64,000 bases of DNA from an uncultured Bacilli bacterium (GCA_947632065.1 CANRNO010000002.1:234-64233); one strand, 5' to 3'. Positions 10,902 through 20,862 are shown, counted from the stretch's first letter. A program made the numbers and translations. The notes: generated by a model from the sequence alone, not told the origin.

Positions 10902-10910
10902 TTTTTTAAG
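10883..10910 (+). terminator. Rho-independent terminator of the PBP gene
   Basis: CCTACTTAA-TTTT-TTAAGTAGG hairpin followed by TTTTAT. It overlaps the stop codon. Confidence 0.65.
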
Positions 10911-10963
10911 TAGGTTTTATATTGTATCAAAACAATTCTTTTGTTATAATTGTAAAGTAGAAG

Positions 10964-11515
10964 GTGATGTATATAATGATTAAATTAATTATAGTGGGAG
11001 TTGTATTATTATTTCTAATATTAGTAATAATTGCGACTTTATCTTTTCGTAAAAAAATAAAATTTTATACTATCAAAACTAACGAAGCAGAAAACAGTAT
11101 AAAAAAATCATTAAATAAAAAGAAAAAATATTTAAGTAAAATAAAACCTCTTATCTTAGAAGAAATTGATCAAAATAACTTTTTAGAAGGTATCGAAGAT
11201 TTTAATATTGATAATAATGATTATTTAAATAATATTAAATCATTAGCTGATTTTCAAGATGAACTTACTTCAACAATAGATGAAAATGATAAACTCTTAA
11301 ATAAAGAAGAAATAGAAAAATTAATAGAAAAAATTAATGATAATGAAGTAGAATTAAATGCTTCAATTAAATATTATAATGATAACGCAAATATATTTAA
11401 TCAAAAAATAGAAAAATTTCCAGCAAATATAATTAGACTATTTTTCGGATATAAAAGAAAAGAATTTTATGAAAACAAACAAAGAGAAGAATTTGAAATT
11501 TTAAAAGATAAATAG
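10964..11515 (+). CDS. lemA: LemA family membrane protein
   Basis: N-terminal TM helix and the C-terminal YYNDNANIFNQKIEKFPANII motif typical of LemA. Confidence 0.75.
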   Translation: MMYIMIKLIIVGVVLLFLILVIIATLSFRKKIKFYTIKTNEAENSIKKSLNKKKKYLSKIKPLILEEIDQNNFLEGIEDFNIDNNDYLNNIKSLADFQDELTSTIDENDKLLNKEEIEKLIEKINDNEVELNASIKYYNDNANIFNQKIEKFPANIIRLFFGYKRKEFYENKQREEFEILKDK

Positions 11516-11527
11516 AAAGGCAAAATT

Positions 11528-12523
11528 ATGAATTTTATTGAAACAATTAAAGAAAGAGCAAAAAAAGATTTAAAAACTATTGTATTACCTGAATCAAATG
11601 ATAGAAGAGTTATAGAAGCAGCTGAAATAATTTTAAAAGAAAAAATAGCAAACATCATTATTATTGGAACAGATGATGATTTAAAAGAATCATCTATTGG
11701 TCTAGATATTTCTAAAGCAACTATAATTAATCCTCAAAAAAGCGATTTAACAGAACAGTTAATCCAAGAATTAGTAAATATAAGAAAAAATAAAAATTTA
11801 ACTTATGAAGAAGCAAAAAAACTTATTTTAGAAGATTATATGTATTATGCTTGTATGTTAGTAAAAACAAATAAAGCAGATGGTGTTGTATCAGGTGCTT
11901 GCCACTACACTGCAGATACTATAAGACCTGCCTTACAAATAATCAAAACTAAACCTAATACTTCCATAGTATCAGCATTCTTCTTACTTGATGTTCCAAA
12001 TTGTGAATATGGTGAAAATGGCATTTTTATTTTTGCTGATGCTGGACTTGTTCAAGATCCGACTTCAGAGCAACTAGCAACCATCGCAGCAAGTTCTGCT
12101 GAAAGTTTTAAACAATTAGTTGATAAAGAACCTATAGTTGCTTTACTTTCTCATTCTACCAAAGGTAGTGCTAAACATGAAAAAGTTACTAAAGTAATTG
12201 AAGCAACTAATATTGCAAAAGAAAAATATCCACAATATAAAATAGATGGAGAATTACAAACCGATGCAGCAATAGTTAAAGAAGTTGCAAAAATGAAAGC
12301 ACCAAATAGTGAAGTTGCAGGTAATGCTAATGTATTAATTTTCCCAGATTTAGATGCTGGAAATATTGGCTATAAATTAGTTCAAAGACTTGCAAAAGCT
12401 GATGCTTTCGGTCCAATATGTCAAGGTATAGCATCCCCAATTAATGATTTATCAAGAGGATGTAACAAAGATGATATTGTAGGTGTAGTTGCTATAACAG
12501 CAGTACAAGCACAAAATAAATAA
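11528..12523 (+). CDS. pta: Phosphate acetyltransferase
   Basis: 331 aa. IVLPES.D.RVIEAA, SHSTKGS and GNIGYK motifs. Confidence 0.95.
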   Translation: MNFIETIKERAKKDLKTIVLPESNDRRVIEAAEIILKEKIANIIIIGTDDDLKESSIGLDISKATIINPQKSDLTEQLIQELVNIRKNKNLTYEEAKKLILEDYMYYACMLVKTNKADGVVSGACHYTADTIRPALQIIKTKPNTSIVSAFFLLDVPNCEYGENGIFIFADAGLVQDPTSEQLATIAASSAESFKQLVDKEPIVALLSHSTKGSAKHEKVTKVIEATNIAKEKYPQYKIDGELQTDAAIVKEVAKMKAPNSEVAGNANVLIFPDLDAGNIGYKLVQRLAKADAFGPICQGIASPINDLSRGCNKDDIVGVVAITAVQAQNK

Positions 12524-12584
12524 CAAAAAGAAAGGAAATGAAGATGCTAGTACCTGTCAAGTACTCACTAAATAAAAAGTGAAA

Positions 12585-13493
12585 TTAATTTGAATATTTA
12601 AGTCGATACTGTACAGGAGACAAGTATCCAAGTTCTTTTTGAATACGTTCATTATTATACCAATGAACGTATTTTTTTATTTCTTTTGCTGCTTGCTTTT
12701 TAGTTATTTTGCTGAATTGACATAACCATTCATGCTTAAGCTGACAAAACCAATTTTCGATAGGACAATTTTCCCAGCAATGGCCTCTATGCGACATACT
12801 TCTAGTAAACCCCATTGTATTTGCAAGTTCAACATATTCATATGCAAAGTAAACGGCACCCTGATCAGTATTAATTATTGAACCTTCTTGTAGTTTTAAA
12901 TCTTTGTAACTTTCTTTTATTAAATTAATATCATTGTGATTTGATGTAGAAAGTGATACAATTTCTTTATTGAAGTAATCTTTAATAGCTGATAAATATA
13001 GTGTCCCATCACTACATTTAATATAGCTAACATCAGAAGAGAACTTTTGACTTGGTTTTTCTGATTTAAAGTTACATTCAATTAAGTATTGAGCCTTATT
13101 TGCAAGGTTCTTTTCTTTTGCACTAGAAACAGATAATCCTTTTTTAGTACGTTTTACTGTTTCTAATCCTAAAATATGTTTATATCTTCTAATTAATTTA
13201 TGATTTAAAATTATGTTTAATTTATTTTCTATATGCTTTTTTAATCTTATTGTTCCATAAATTCCTTTAACATTTTTATGCTCTTCTGATATCATATCAG
13301 CAATTTCTTGTTTATAATTATTTGCAATTGGTTTTCCGATTTTACACCACTTATAATAACTTCTTCTATTTATATTTAAAACTCTACATATCCTTAATAC
13401 TGGATAATTCTTTTTTAATTTATCGATGATTTGATATTTTTCTATTTGTGTTGCTGAGAGCGGATTTCCATCAGAAGAGCATAGGATTTTTTT
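12585..13493 (-). CDS. IS3-family transposase OrfB (rve integrase core), -1 frame relative to OrfA
   Basis: My translation of the -1 frame is open from the A7 run (KKILCSSDGNPLSATQIEKYQIIDKLKKNYPVLRICRVLNINRRSYYKWC) into the tracked ORF 12585..13295. That ORF carries the DDE-type core (SDVSYI, TDQGAVY, and WENCPIENWF, where the catalytic Glu would lie). Confidence 0.8.
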   Translation of the reverse strand, partial: KKILCSSDGNPLSATQIEKYQIIDKLKKNYPVLRICRVLNINRRSYYKWCKIGKPIANNYKQEIADMISEEHKNVKGIYGTIRLKKHIENKLNIILNHKLIRRYKHILGLETVKRTKKGLSVSSAKEKNLANKAQYLIECNFKSEKPSQKFSSDVSYIKCSDGTLYLSAIKDYFNKEIVSLSTSNHNDINLIKESYKDLKLQEGSIINTDQGAVYFAYEYVELANTMGFTRSMSHRGHCWENCPIENWFCQLKHEWLCQFSKITKKQAAKEIKKYVHWYNNERIQKELGYLSPVQYRLKYSN

Positions 13494-13708
13494 AATATAT
13501 CAATATCCTCCAATTCTTGATTATATTTCTTTTTACCTCGATTATCTTTTCCTAATATTCCTTTATCATATTCTTGATTCCATCGACTTACTGTTCCCGT
13601 ACTAGATATACCATATTTATTATTTAGATATGAGATAGTAGCGCCTTTTTTAAATTCTTGAACTATTCTGACTTTTTCTTCTAAAGTTCGCTTTTTATGT
13701 TTTCCCAT
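13442..13708 (-). CDS. IS3-family transposase OrfA (HTH)
   Basis: 88 aa with RTLEEKVRIVQEF..GATISYLNNKYGIS, a helix-turn-helix typical of IS3 OrfA. Confidence 0.85.
   Translation of the reverse strand: MGKHKKRTLEEKVRIVQEFKKGATISYLNNKYGISSTGTVSRWNQEYDKGILGKDNRGKKKYNQELEDIDILKKSYALLMEIRSQQHK
13487..13493 (-). promoter_or_regulatory. Candidate programmed -1 ribosomal frameshift site (A AAA AAA)
   Basis: Seven consecutive A on the minus strand lie inside OrfA codons tta-aaa-aaa, 42 nt (14 codons) before the OrfA stop codon. The -1 frame is open from here. Confidence 0.6.
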
Positions 13709-13807
13709 GAAAAAAATACCTCCTTGATTCTTTCTAAATAAATTTTACCATTCTTTTTATTTAGTGTGAACCTTAAAGGTATTATAATCGAAATTCCTTT
13801 CTTTTTT

Positions 13808-14470
13808 TTAATCTATACTCCAATTTATTTCTTCTATACCATTTTCTTTTAAGAATTTATTTGTTCGAGAAAACGGTTTACTTCCAAAAAATCCATTATT
13901 CGCAGAATATGGAGAAGGATGAGGAGATTCTATAACATAATGAATTTTATTAGTAATCAAATCTCTCTTATTTCTAGCATAACTTCCCCAAAGTATAAAA
14001 ACAACAGGAGTATTTTTTTCATTTATAATTTTTATTACTTCATCAGTAAAAGTTTCCCATCCTTTTCCCTTATGAGAAGTAGGATTATGTTCTTCTACTG
14101 TAAGTACAGCATTCAAAAGCAATACTCCCTCTCTTGCCCAAGGTTTTAAAGAATTATGCTTTGGAAAAGGTATACCTAAATCACTTTCTAATTCTTTAAA
14201 AATATTTTGAAGTGATGGAGGTTTACCAACACTATTAGAAACAGAAAAAGAAAGTCCTTCTGCTTGATTAGGTCCATGATATGGATCTTGACCTAATATA
14301 ACTACCTTAACATTATCAAAATCTGTATATCTAAAAGCATTAAATATCTCATTTTTTTTAGGATAAATAACTTTATTTTTATACTCTAAAGAAACATAAT
14401 TAAGAAGTTCTTTAAAATATTCTTTATCATATTCCTCTTCTAAATAATAATCCCAACTATTTCCTATCAT
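13808..14470 (-). CDS. ung: Uracil-DNA glycosylase
   Basis: GQDPYHGPNQAEGLSFSV and HPSP motifs. Confidence 0.95.
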   Translation of the reverse strand: MIGNSWDYYLEEEYDKEYFKELLNYVSLEYKNKVIYPKKNEIFNAFRYTDFDNVKVVILGQDPYHGPNQAEGLSFSVSNSVGKPPSLQNIFKELESDLGIPFPKHNSLKPWAREGVLLLNAVLTVEEHNPTSHKGKGWETFTDEVIKIINEKNTPVVFILWGSYARNKRDLITNKIHYVIESPHPSPYSANNGFFGSKPFSRTNKFLKENGIEEINWSID

Positions 14471-14488
14471 AACCGCAAAAACCCTCCA

Positions 14489-14944
14489 CTACTTATGATA
14501 ACTTTCATTATTCATAATTTTAAAAGCTCTATAAATTTGTTCTAAAAGAATTACTCTAAATAATTGATGAGGATAAGTCATCTTAGAAAAAGATAACTTT
14601 AAATTAGATATTTCTTTAATGGAATCATCAAGTCCATAACTACCACCAATAATAAAATTTATATCACTATAATTATTAAATATATTATCTATTTTTTTAG
14701 AAAAATCAACAGATGATAACATTTCACCTTCAATTGCTAAAGAAATATTATAATCTCTATCCTTTATATATCTTCTTATATTAGAAGCCTCTTTTTGTAT
14801 TATTTCTTTTTCACTTAACCTAGATTCATCTTTTAATTCAATTATTTCTACTTTAGTATATTTACTAAGTCTTTTTACATATTCATCTATAGCATCTTTT
14901 AAATATTTTTCTTTAATTTTTCCAACACATATAATTCTTATCAT
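14489..14944 (-). CDS. rlmH: 23S rRNA (pseudouridine1915-N3)-methyltransferase
   Basis: 151 aa SPOUT protein with an IICVGKIKEKYLKDAIDEYVKRL N-terminus typical of RlmH. Confidence 0.9.
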   Translation of the reverse strand: MIRIICVGKIKEKYLKDAIDEYVKRLSKYTKVEIIELKDESRLSEKEIIQKEASNIRRYIKDRDYNISLAIEGEMLSSVDFSKKIDNIFNNYSDINFIIGGSYGLDDSIKEISNLKLSFSKMTYPHQLFRVILLEQIYRAFKIMNNESYHK

Positions 14945-14946
14945 TA

Positions 14947-15711
14947 CTATACCTCTATTAATGGAGTTTCCTCTTCTTGTCTTGAAATCAACACTTCTAT
15001 ATCCGTTCTATCAATCTCATCTAACATAGATACTGTAGCACCCAATGCTTTTTCTTCTGTATTATTTTTTTCACTTAAATGTGCTAAAACAATATGTTTA
15101 GTTTTATCACTAATCAATTTTGATAAATACTTAGCTGTATCTTCATTTGATAAATGACCTCTATCTGAAATAACTCGTTGCTTTAAATAAGGTGGATAAG
15201 GACCTTCCATCAACATTTCTACATCATGATTACTCTCAATTAAATATAAATCTTTTCCATAAATTTTACTAAAATTTTTTCTATTTATATATCCTGTATC
15301 AGTAATATAAGCAATAGACTTATTATCAGATTCTAATATATATCCAACTGAACAATCAACATCATGAGAAGTATTAAAATAACTAATTTCTATATCTCCT
15401 ATAGTACAAAATTCATTAATTATTCTAATTTTATCTTTATCAATAAAATTACTTAACTCTTTTGTCATTTCATAAGGAACATATACCAAAATATTATTCT
15501 TTTTAAGAGTAGATACTAAACCTCTAATATGATCATCATGACAGTGAGTAATTAAAATACCATCAAAATCTTCTACACTAAGACCTAATTTTTCTAAATT
15601 TTTTCGTAGTTTCAAATAAGAAATACCCAAATCTACAATAAGCTTAGTATTAGAACTCATTATAATTGAACAATTTCCTTTTGAACCACTAGCTATTGTT
15701 CTAAATTTCAT
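14947..15711 (-). CDS. MBL-fold metallo-hydrolase (YycJ/WalJ-like)
   Basis: THCHDDH motif. Position next to rlmH matches B. subtilis yycJ. Confidence 0.75.
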   Translation of the reverse strand: MKFRTIASGSKGNCSIIMSSNTKLIVDLGISYLKLRKNLEKLGLSVEDFDGILITHCHDDHIRGLVSTLKKNNILVYVPYEMTKELSNFIDKDKIRIINEFCTIGDIEISYFNTSHDVDCSVGYILESDNKSIAYITDTGYINRKNFSKIYGKDLYLIESNHDVEMLMEGPYPPYLKQRVISDRGHLSNEDTAKYLSKLISDKTKHIVLAHLSEKNNTEEKALGATVSMLDEIDRTDIEVLISRQEEETPLIEV

Positions 15712-15712
15712 A

Positions 15713-17206
15713 TTAATATAAACTCATAGGGTTAATAGGTTGCCCACCTCTATAAGGATAACCAGTCCATAATGAAAAGTGTAAATGAACTCCATAGGCA
15801 TTACCTGTTTGACCCATTCCTCCTATTACTTGTCCTTTAACAACATGTGCACCAGTTGCCACACGACGACATCCACTACACATATGTGCATACATTGTAT
15901 AATATCCATTCGGATGTTTTATAACAACACCTTCACCAATACCCCAAATAAATCCAACTCCAGATTCAACTACAGTACCATCTCCTGCTGCAAAAATATT
16001 AGATCCATATCCACAACCTCTGATATCCATTCCATCATGTAAACTACCCCAACGATATCCAAATCCAGAAGATATTGATGAACAAGAAGCAGGCCATCCC
16101 CATTGTCCACTAGTTGCAACTACACTACCATATCCTCCACCAGAATAATTGCTTTCTTTACCACCTTTAACAATTATCTCTTTTATTGGTTCAGTAATAA
16201 CTTCTGTAGCAACAGGAACAATATTAACAATTTCTCCATTTATTTTCTGTACCTTTTGAGTAACTTTATTTTCTCCTTTAACACCTTTTTGAGTTATATC
16301 AATTGACCCAATAGGTTTACTATTATCATAAGTAGTTTCAGTTTCAAAATTCTTTTCTTCTTTTATAACAGTATGATCTTCTTCTACTAAATTAAATTGT
16401 GGATTCAACACACCAATTGTAACTTCTTCTCCTGGATAAAGTAATGCATTAGTATCTTGAAAAGAATCATTAGCAATCAAAAATTCTTCTGTAGATATCT
16501 TATTATTAAATGATATATCACTAATAGTATCTCCATCTTGTACAGTATATTTCTGTTGTTCTTTTGTTGTTCCAAACAATAAATATTTACTAAGAGCAAC
16601 TGTATCCATATAAATCTTTTCATTAACTGGTATTTTTTGTTTCTTAATAGAAATATTATTTTGAATATATACATTTTCAATAATAGATCCTGTATCTTTT
16701 ATTTCTGGTTGACTATCATTTTTATATTGTTTATATTTATCTTGATCAATAAAAGACTTTATAGTATTATCCACTGCATCAGTAAAAATCTTTTTATCTA
16801 ACACATAAATCGTTTGATCTTTTGTCTTTTTAGTTTTACCTTCATTAACAGTATTTTTAACTCCCTTAATTTTTATAGCATACCCATCTACAGTAAAAGG
16901 AGCTTTATCTTCAATTTTCTTATAAATTTCTTCTACACTAGATATATCTTCATTATAGGTAACTTCTTTTTTAACATCTAATGTATCTGGAGCATATATT
17001 TTATCTACATCATATTTATTTTTCAAATGTTTTTGTTGCTTATCAATATAATTTTCTAATTCTTTATCTGATTTAATAATACCTAAAGATTTTCCTTCCA
17101 AATATATTCTATATACAGTCTGTGGTTCAGTTGAAAGTTTTTTAAAACCTGTAGATATAAAACAAGCTAAAAGTAATATGATGAAAATTAAACTTTTCTT
17201 TTTCAT
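15713..17206 (-). CDS. Secreted LysM / G5 / M23-family peptidoglycan endopeptidase
   Basis: Signal peptide; LysM-like YTVQDGDTISDIS; G5-like ITQKGVKGENKVTQKV; M23 motifs HDGMD (HxxxD) and HLHFS (HxH). Confidence 0.8.
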   Translation of the reverse strand: MKKKSLIFIILLLACFISTGFKKLSTEPQTVYRIYLEGKSLGIIKSDKELENYIDKQQKHLKNKYDVDKIYAPDTLDVKKEVTYNEDISSVEEIYKKIEDKAPFTVDGYAIKIKGVKNTVNEGKTKKTKDQTIYVLDKKIFTDAVDNTIKSFIDQDKYKQYKNDSQPEIKDTGSIIENVYIQNNISIKKQKIPVNEKIYMDTVALSKYLLFGTTKEQQKYTVQDGDTISDISFNNKISTEEFLIANDSFQDTNALLYPGEEVTIGVLNPQFNLVEEDHTVIKEEKNFETETTYDNSKPIGSIDITQKGVKGENKVTQKVQKINGEIVNIVPVATEVITEPIKEIIVKGGKESNYSGGGYGSVVATSGQWGWPASCSSISSGFGYRWGSLHDGMDIRGCGYGSNIFAAGDGTVVESGVGFIWGIGEGVVIKHPNGYYTMYAHMCSGCRRVATGAHVVKGQVIGGMGQTGNAYGVHLHFSLWTGYPYRGGQPINPMSLY

Positions 17207-18564
17207 CCCTCTTCCTCCTTATGATATTCTTTTCTCATATTTAAAAATGTCGATGTATTCTTTTTAAATAATAACTCTATTGTTGCAGTTGGTCCATTAC
17301 GATGTTTTCCAATTATAAGTTCACTAATACTAATATCATCTTCACGTCTTTTTTCTTTATTATAATAATCATCTCTATATAGGAAAGATACAATATCAGC
17401 ATCTTGTTCAATAGAACCAGATTCACGTAAATCACTCATTAAAGGTCTTTTATCTTCTCTTCCTTCAACTGCACGAGAAAGTTGTGCAAGAGCAATAATT
17501 GGAACATGTAACTCCATTGCAAGTGTCTTTAAACTTCTAGAAATATCTGATACTTCTTGTTGACGATTACTACCATAATTTTTACCACCAGAAATAAGTT
17601 GTAGATAATCGATTATAACAATTCCCAATCCCTTTTCACTACTAGCAAGTCTTCTACACTTAGCTTTAATCTCTCCAATAGTAATACCAGGAGTATCATC
17701 TATAAAAATATTAGTATTTTCAACCTGAGATATAGCCTCATATATTCTATTCCAATCATCATTTAAAAGCTTACCTGTACGAAATTTATATCCTTCTACT
17801 TGTCCAAGAGATGAAAGCATTCTATTTGCAAGCTGTTCAGCACCCATTTCCAAGTTGAAAAGCGCAACAGCTTTATCTGTTGTAGTTGCAATATTAGTTG
17901 CTATATTAAGTGCAAATGCAGTTTTACCCATAGCAGGACGTGCTGCAATAATTATAAATTCATTTTCATGAAAACCGCTTGTCAACTTATCAAGTTCATA
18001 AAACCCACTAGCAAGTCCTGTTATTTCTCCTTTAGCATCATATAACTTTTCTAAATTAGACTGTGTTTTATTTAAAACTTCTTTGATTGAATGAAACTCA
18101 CTAGTTTGACGTTTCTTTATATTCAAAATTTTTCTTTCTGCATCATCAAGTAATGTATTTACATCTTCTTCATTTTGATAACCACTTGTAACAATATCAG
18201 TTGCTGTTTGAATCAAATTTCTAATAACAGCAGACTCTTCTACTGTATTTATATAATAATCTATATTAGAAGCAGTTGGAACAAAATTAACAAGTTCAGT
18301 TAAATATTCAACTCCACCTACTTCACTAAGTTTATTATCTTTTTTTAATTTTCCAGTAATAGTAGTTAAATCAATAGGTACTTTCTCTTCAACTAAATCT
18401 CTCATAGCATCAAAAATTTCCCCGTTTTTCTCATCATAAAAATGTTCAGGACTTAATATATCACAAGCTTTTTGTAATGCTTGTCTACTCAAAAAACATG
18501 CTCCTAAAACAGATTGTTCTGCCTCAATATTATTAGGCATTACTCTTCCTGGCATCTTCATCAC
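17203..18564 (-). CDS. dnaB: Replicative DNA helicase (DnaB family; DnaC in B. subtilis nomenclature)
   Basis: NIEAEQSVLGA N-terminus, Walker A ARPAMGKT and the IDYLQL motif. Confidence 0.95.
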   Translation of the reverse strand: MMKMPGRVMPNNIEAEQSVLGACFLSRQALQKACDILSPEHFYDEKNGEIFDAMRDLVEEKVPIDLTTITGKLKKDNKLSEVGGVEYLTELVNFVPTASNIDYYINTVEESAVIRNLIQTATDIVTSGYQNEEDVNTLLDDAERKILNIKKRQTSEFHSIKEVLNKTQSNLEKLYDAKGEITGLASGFYELDKLTSGFHENEFIIIAARPAMGKTAFALNIATNIATTTDKAVALFNLEMGAEQLANRMLSSLGQVEGYKFRTGKLLNDDWNRIYEAISQVENTNIFIDDTPGITIGEIKAKCRRLASSEKGLGIVIIDYLQLISGGKNYGSNRQQEVSDISRSLKTLAMELHVPIIALAQLSRAVEGREDKRPLMSDLRESGSIEQDADIVSFLYRDDYYNKEKRREDDISISELIIGKHRNGPTATIELLFKKNTSTFLNMRKEYHKEEEG

Positions 18565-19005
18565 CTACTTCGTTATTTCTATTCTTATTTTTGCATCTAC
18601 TCCTGTATAAAGATGAACTATAACATCATGAAAACCTAAACTAGTTATAGGATGATCTAAATCTATCTTTGTTTTATCAATACTAAATCCATTATCCTCT
18701 AGTTTTTCTTTTATCTGTTTTGTAGAAATACTGCCAAACATTTTATCATTAGCACCTGCTTTTACTACAAATTTAAATTTAGTCTTCTCCAATTTCTTTT
18801 TATCTTCTATTGCTTTAGCTTTATTTTCTTTATCTTTCCTTGCTTCTCTAACTTTTTGATTCTTTAACTCATTTAAATTTTTATTATTAGCAGCTTTAGC
18901 TAAACCATTTTTAATAAGATAGTTTTGTCCATAACCATCCTTTACAGTCTTTATTTCCCCTTTTTTTCCTACCTTTCTAACATCTTTTAATAATATTACT
19001 TGCAT
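18565..19005 (-). CDS. rplI: 50S ribosomal protein L9
   Basis: MQVILLKDV.K.GKKGEIK..KDGY..NYL N-terminus. Confidence 0.95.
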   Translation of the reverse strand: MQVILLKDVRKVGKKGEIKTVKDGYGQNYLIKNGLAKAANNKNLNELKNQKVREARKDKENKAKAIEDKKKLEKTKFKFVVKAGANDKMFGSISTKQIKEKLEDNGFSIDKTKIDLDHPITSLGFHDVIVHLYTGVDAKIRIEITK

Positions 19006-19994
19006 TAGTCCTCCTTATCTTGTTCTTTTATTAATTTAATTAATTTCTGATTTATATTACCTATAGTATCACCTTCTATACGTGCAGCACCATTATATTG
19101 GTCTCCTCCACCTTTAAAAGATTTTAAAATAACACCTATATCATAATTACCCATACTTCTAGCACTAATTCCTACTACCTTATCAGTAAGTCTTCCAATT
19201 ACAAAAGACGCCTCTACTCCATTAAAGAAAAGTAAATTATCAGCAACTTTAGCTAAATCTTCTCTTCTATATTTAGCATAATTAGTACCCTTAGCAACAG
19301 CAATCTTATCTATTATAGTAATATCAGTAGTTAATTTCTGACGTTCAGTATATTCCTTCAAATCTTGTTTTAATAAATATTGAACTTTTTTAGTACTAGC
19401 ACCAATACAAGAAAGAAAATAAGCACTATAATAAGTCTCTGAATTTGTCTTCAAAGTAAAATTATTTGTATCAAGTACAATACCAGAAAGTAGTAAAGTC
19501 GCATAATAAGAATCAATATCTATTTTTTCTTTTTCTACTAAAGAAGTAATCATTTCACAAGTAGAAGAAACATTATTATCTACAATAATTAATCCATCTT
19601 GTATAGATTTTCTCTCATATTCATGATGATCAATTATAACCTTTCTAGATATCTTACTTAACAAATCAATATTTTGAACAAGTTCTTTTTTATTAGTATC
19701 TAAAACTATAAGTAAATTTTTCTTAGGATATGAGCATAAAATATCATCTACATCACTACTTTTGATAAAATTAAAACATCCTTCAAGTTCAGCAAGTATT
19801 TTACTAACACCAAGTTCGTGATTTTTATCATCAATAACAATATAAGATTCTTTATTAAAATGACTAACTATTAAAGACATTCCAATACATGCTCCTAAAG
19901 CATCTAAATCAAGATTCTTATGTGCCATCAAAAATACTTTTCTAGATTTTTTTATTTGTTTTAATAGATTTTTTCTATTATCTAAAATACTCAT
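19005..19994 (-). CDS. Stand-alone DHH/DHHA1 phosphoesterase at the gdpP (yybT) syntenic position
   Basis: DLDALGA, IDHHE, DTNNF and GGGDQYNGAA motifs. Start moved to the ATG at 19994, which has a GAGGAA SD. It lies directly upstream of rplI, as gdpP does in B. subtilis. Confidence 0.75.
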   Translation of the reverse strand: MSILDNRKNLLKQIKKSRKVFLMAHKNLDLDALGACIGMSLIVSHFNKESYIVIDDKNHELGVSKILAELEGCFNFIKSSDVDDILCSYPKKNLLIVLDTNKKELVQNIDLLSKISRKVIIDHHEYERKSIQDGLIIVDNNVSSTCEMITSLVEKEKIDIDSYYATLLLSGIVLDTNNFTLKTNSETYYSAYFLSCIGASTKKVQYLLKQDLKEYTERQKLTTDITIIDKIAVAKGTNYAKYRREDLAKVADNLLFFNGVEASFVIGRLTDKVVGISARSMGNYDIGVILKSFKGGGDQYNGAARIEGDTIGNINQKLIKLIKEQDKED

Positions 19995-20092
19995 TTCCTC
20001 ATCCCTTTCAATCTCTTTTTTATTATATAATAAAATATAACTAATATCAATTGAAGAAAAAGAAAAAGAATGAATAAAATTCATCCTTTATA

Positions 20093-20311
20093 TTATTTTG
20101 TATATGGAAGTAATCCAATTGCACGTGCTCTTTTAATTTGAGTCGCAATAAATCTTTGATGACGAGCACAATTTCCAGTAACACGTCTTGGTAAAATTTT
20201 ACCTTTTTCATTTACATATCTTTTTAAAGTATCTACATCTTTATAATCAACAACAGCTTTTTTAGTACACATCATACATACTTTTTTCTTTCTACGATAA
20301 AAATCTGCCAT
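20093..20311 (-). CDS. rpsR: 30S ribosomal protein S18
   Basis: 72 aa with [20 protein letters not shown] and ARHQR. Confidence 0.95.
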   Translation of the reverse strand: MADFYRRKKKVCMMCTKKAVVDYKDVDTLKRYVNEKGKILPRRVTGNCARHQRFIATQIKRARAIGLLPYTK

Positions 20312-20362
20312 AATTCTCCTCCTTTATATCTTAATTTTCATTTTAATATTTAGTATAGTTAA

Positions 20363-20851
20363 TTAGAAAGGTAATTCATCATCACTTATTTCTACACTAT
20401 CACCAAAATCTGCGAAAGGATTATTATCTACATCTGTAGTTTGAGCTTTTGCATCAGGAAAATCATATGGAGTTACTTCTTGATTAGTATTAGAACCTGT
20501 AGCAGGACTATCTACTGCTCCTCCTTGATTACTCTTTTTAGTACCTAAAAACTCTACATTATCCGCAATTACTTCAGTAATATAACGTCTTTTGCCATCT
20601 TCTCCATCATAATTTCTTGTTTGAATACGACCATCAATAGCAACTTGACTTCCTTGTGATAAATAATTTTTTACATTTTCTGCTTGCTTTCTCCAAACAA
20701 CTATATTAATAAAATCTGCTTCTCTTTCACCAGAATTATTAGTAAAATTTCTATTAACTGCTAATGAAAAAGTTGCAACTGCTATATTACTAGAGGTATA
20801 CCTTAATTCTGGATCTCTAGTAAGTCTACCTATTAAAAAAACTTTATTCAT
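20363..20851 (-). CDS. ssb: Single-stranded DNA-binding protein
   Basis: MNKVFLIGRLTRDPELRYT OB-fold N-terminus and an acidic C-terminal DDELPF tip. Confidence 0.95.
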   Translation of the reverse strand: MNKVFLIGRLTRDPELRYTSSNIAVATFSLAVNRNFTNNSGEREADFINIVVWRKQAENVKNYLSQGSQVAIDGRIQTRNYDGEDGKRRYITEVIADNVEFLGTKKSNQGGAVDSPATGSNTNQEVTPYDFPDAKAQTTDVDNNPFADFGDSVEISDDELPF

Positions 20852-20862
20852 AATAACCTCTC

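Larger units (their letters stand above)
12545..13787 (-). mobile_element. IS3-family (IS150-group-like) insertion sequence, apparently intact
   Basis: Imperfect terminal inverted repeats share TA(G/A)TACCT and CACTAAATAAAAAG (12548-12580 vs 13753-13784). Two overlapping transposase frames with an A7 slippery run. Ends are approximate and no target duplication was identified. Confidence 0.85.

Noticed and set aside
12540-13795. Searched for the 3-4 bp target-site duplication expected for IS3-family insertion.
   Set aside because: No matching direct repeat could be aligned at either plausible pair of ends, so the IS boundaries are given as approximate.
16745-16753. TTATCCACT (8/9 DnaA box) inside the M23 peptidase gene, and ATATCCACT at 63382.
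   Set aside because: These are isolated single near-matches far from oriC and are expected by chance.
20122-20127. Other CACGTG cores at 20122, 34187 and 37412, checked as possible extra parS sites.
   Set aside because: The flanks match the 16-bp parS consensus at only about 10-11 of 16 positions, and all are inside coding sequence. They are treated as chance occurrences.
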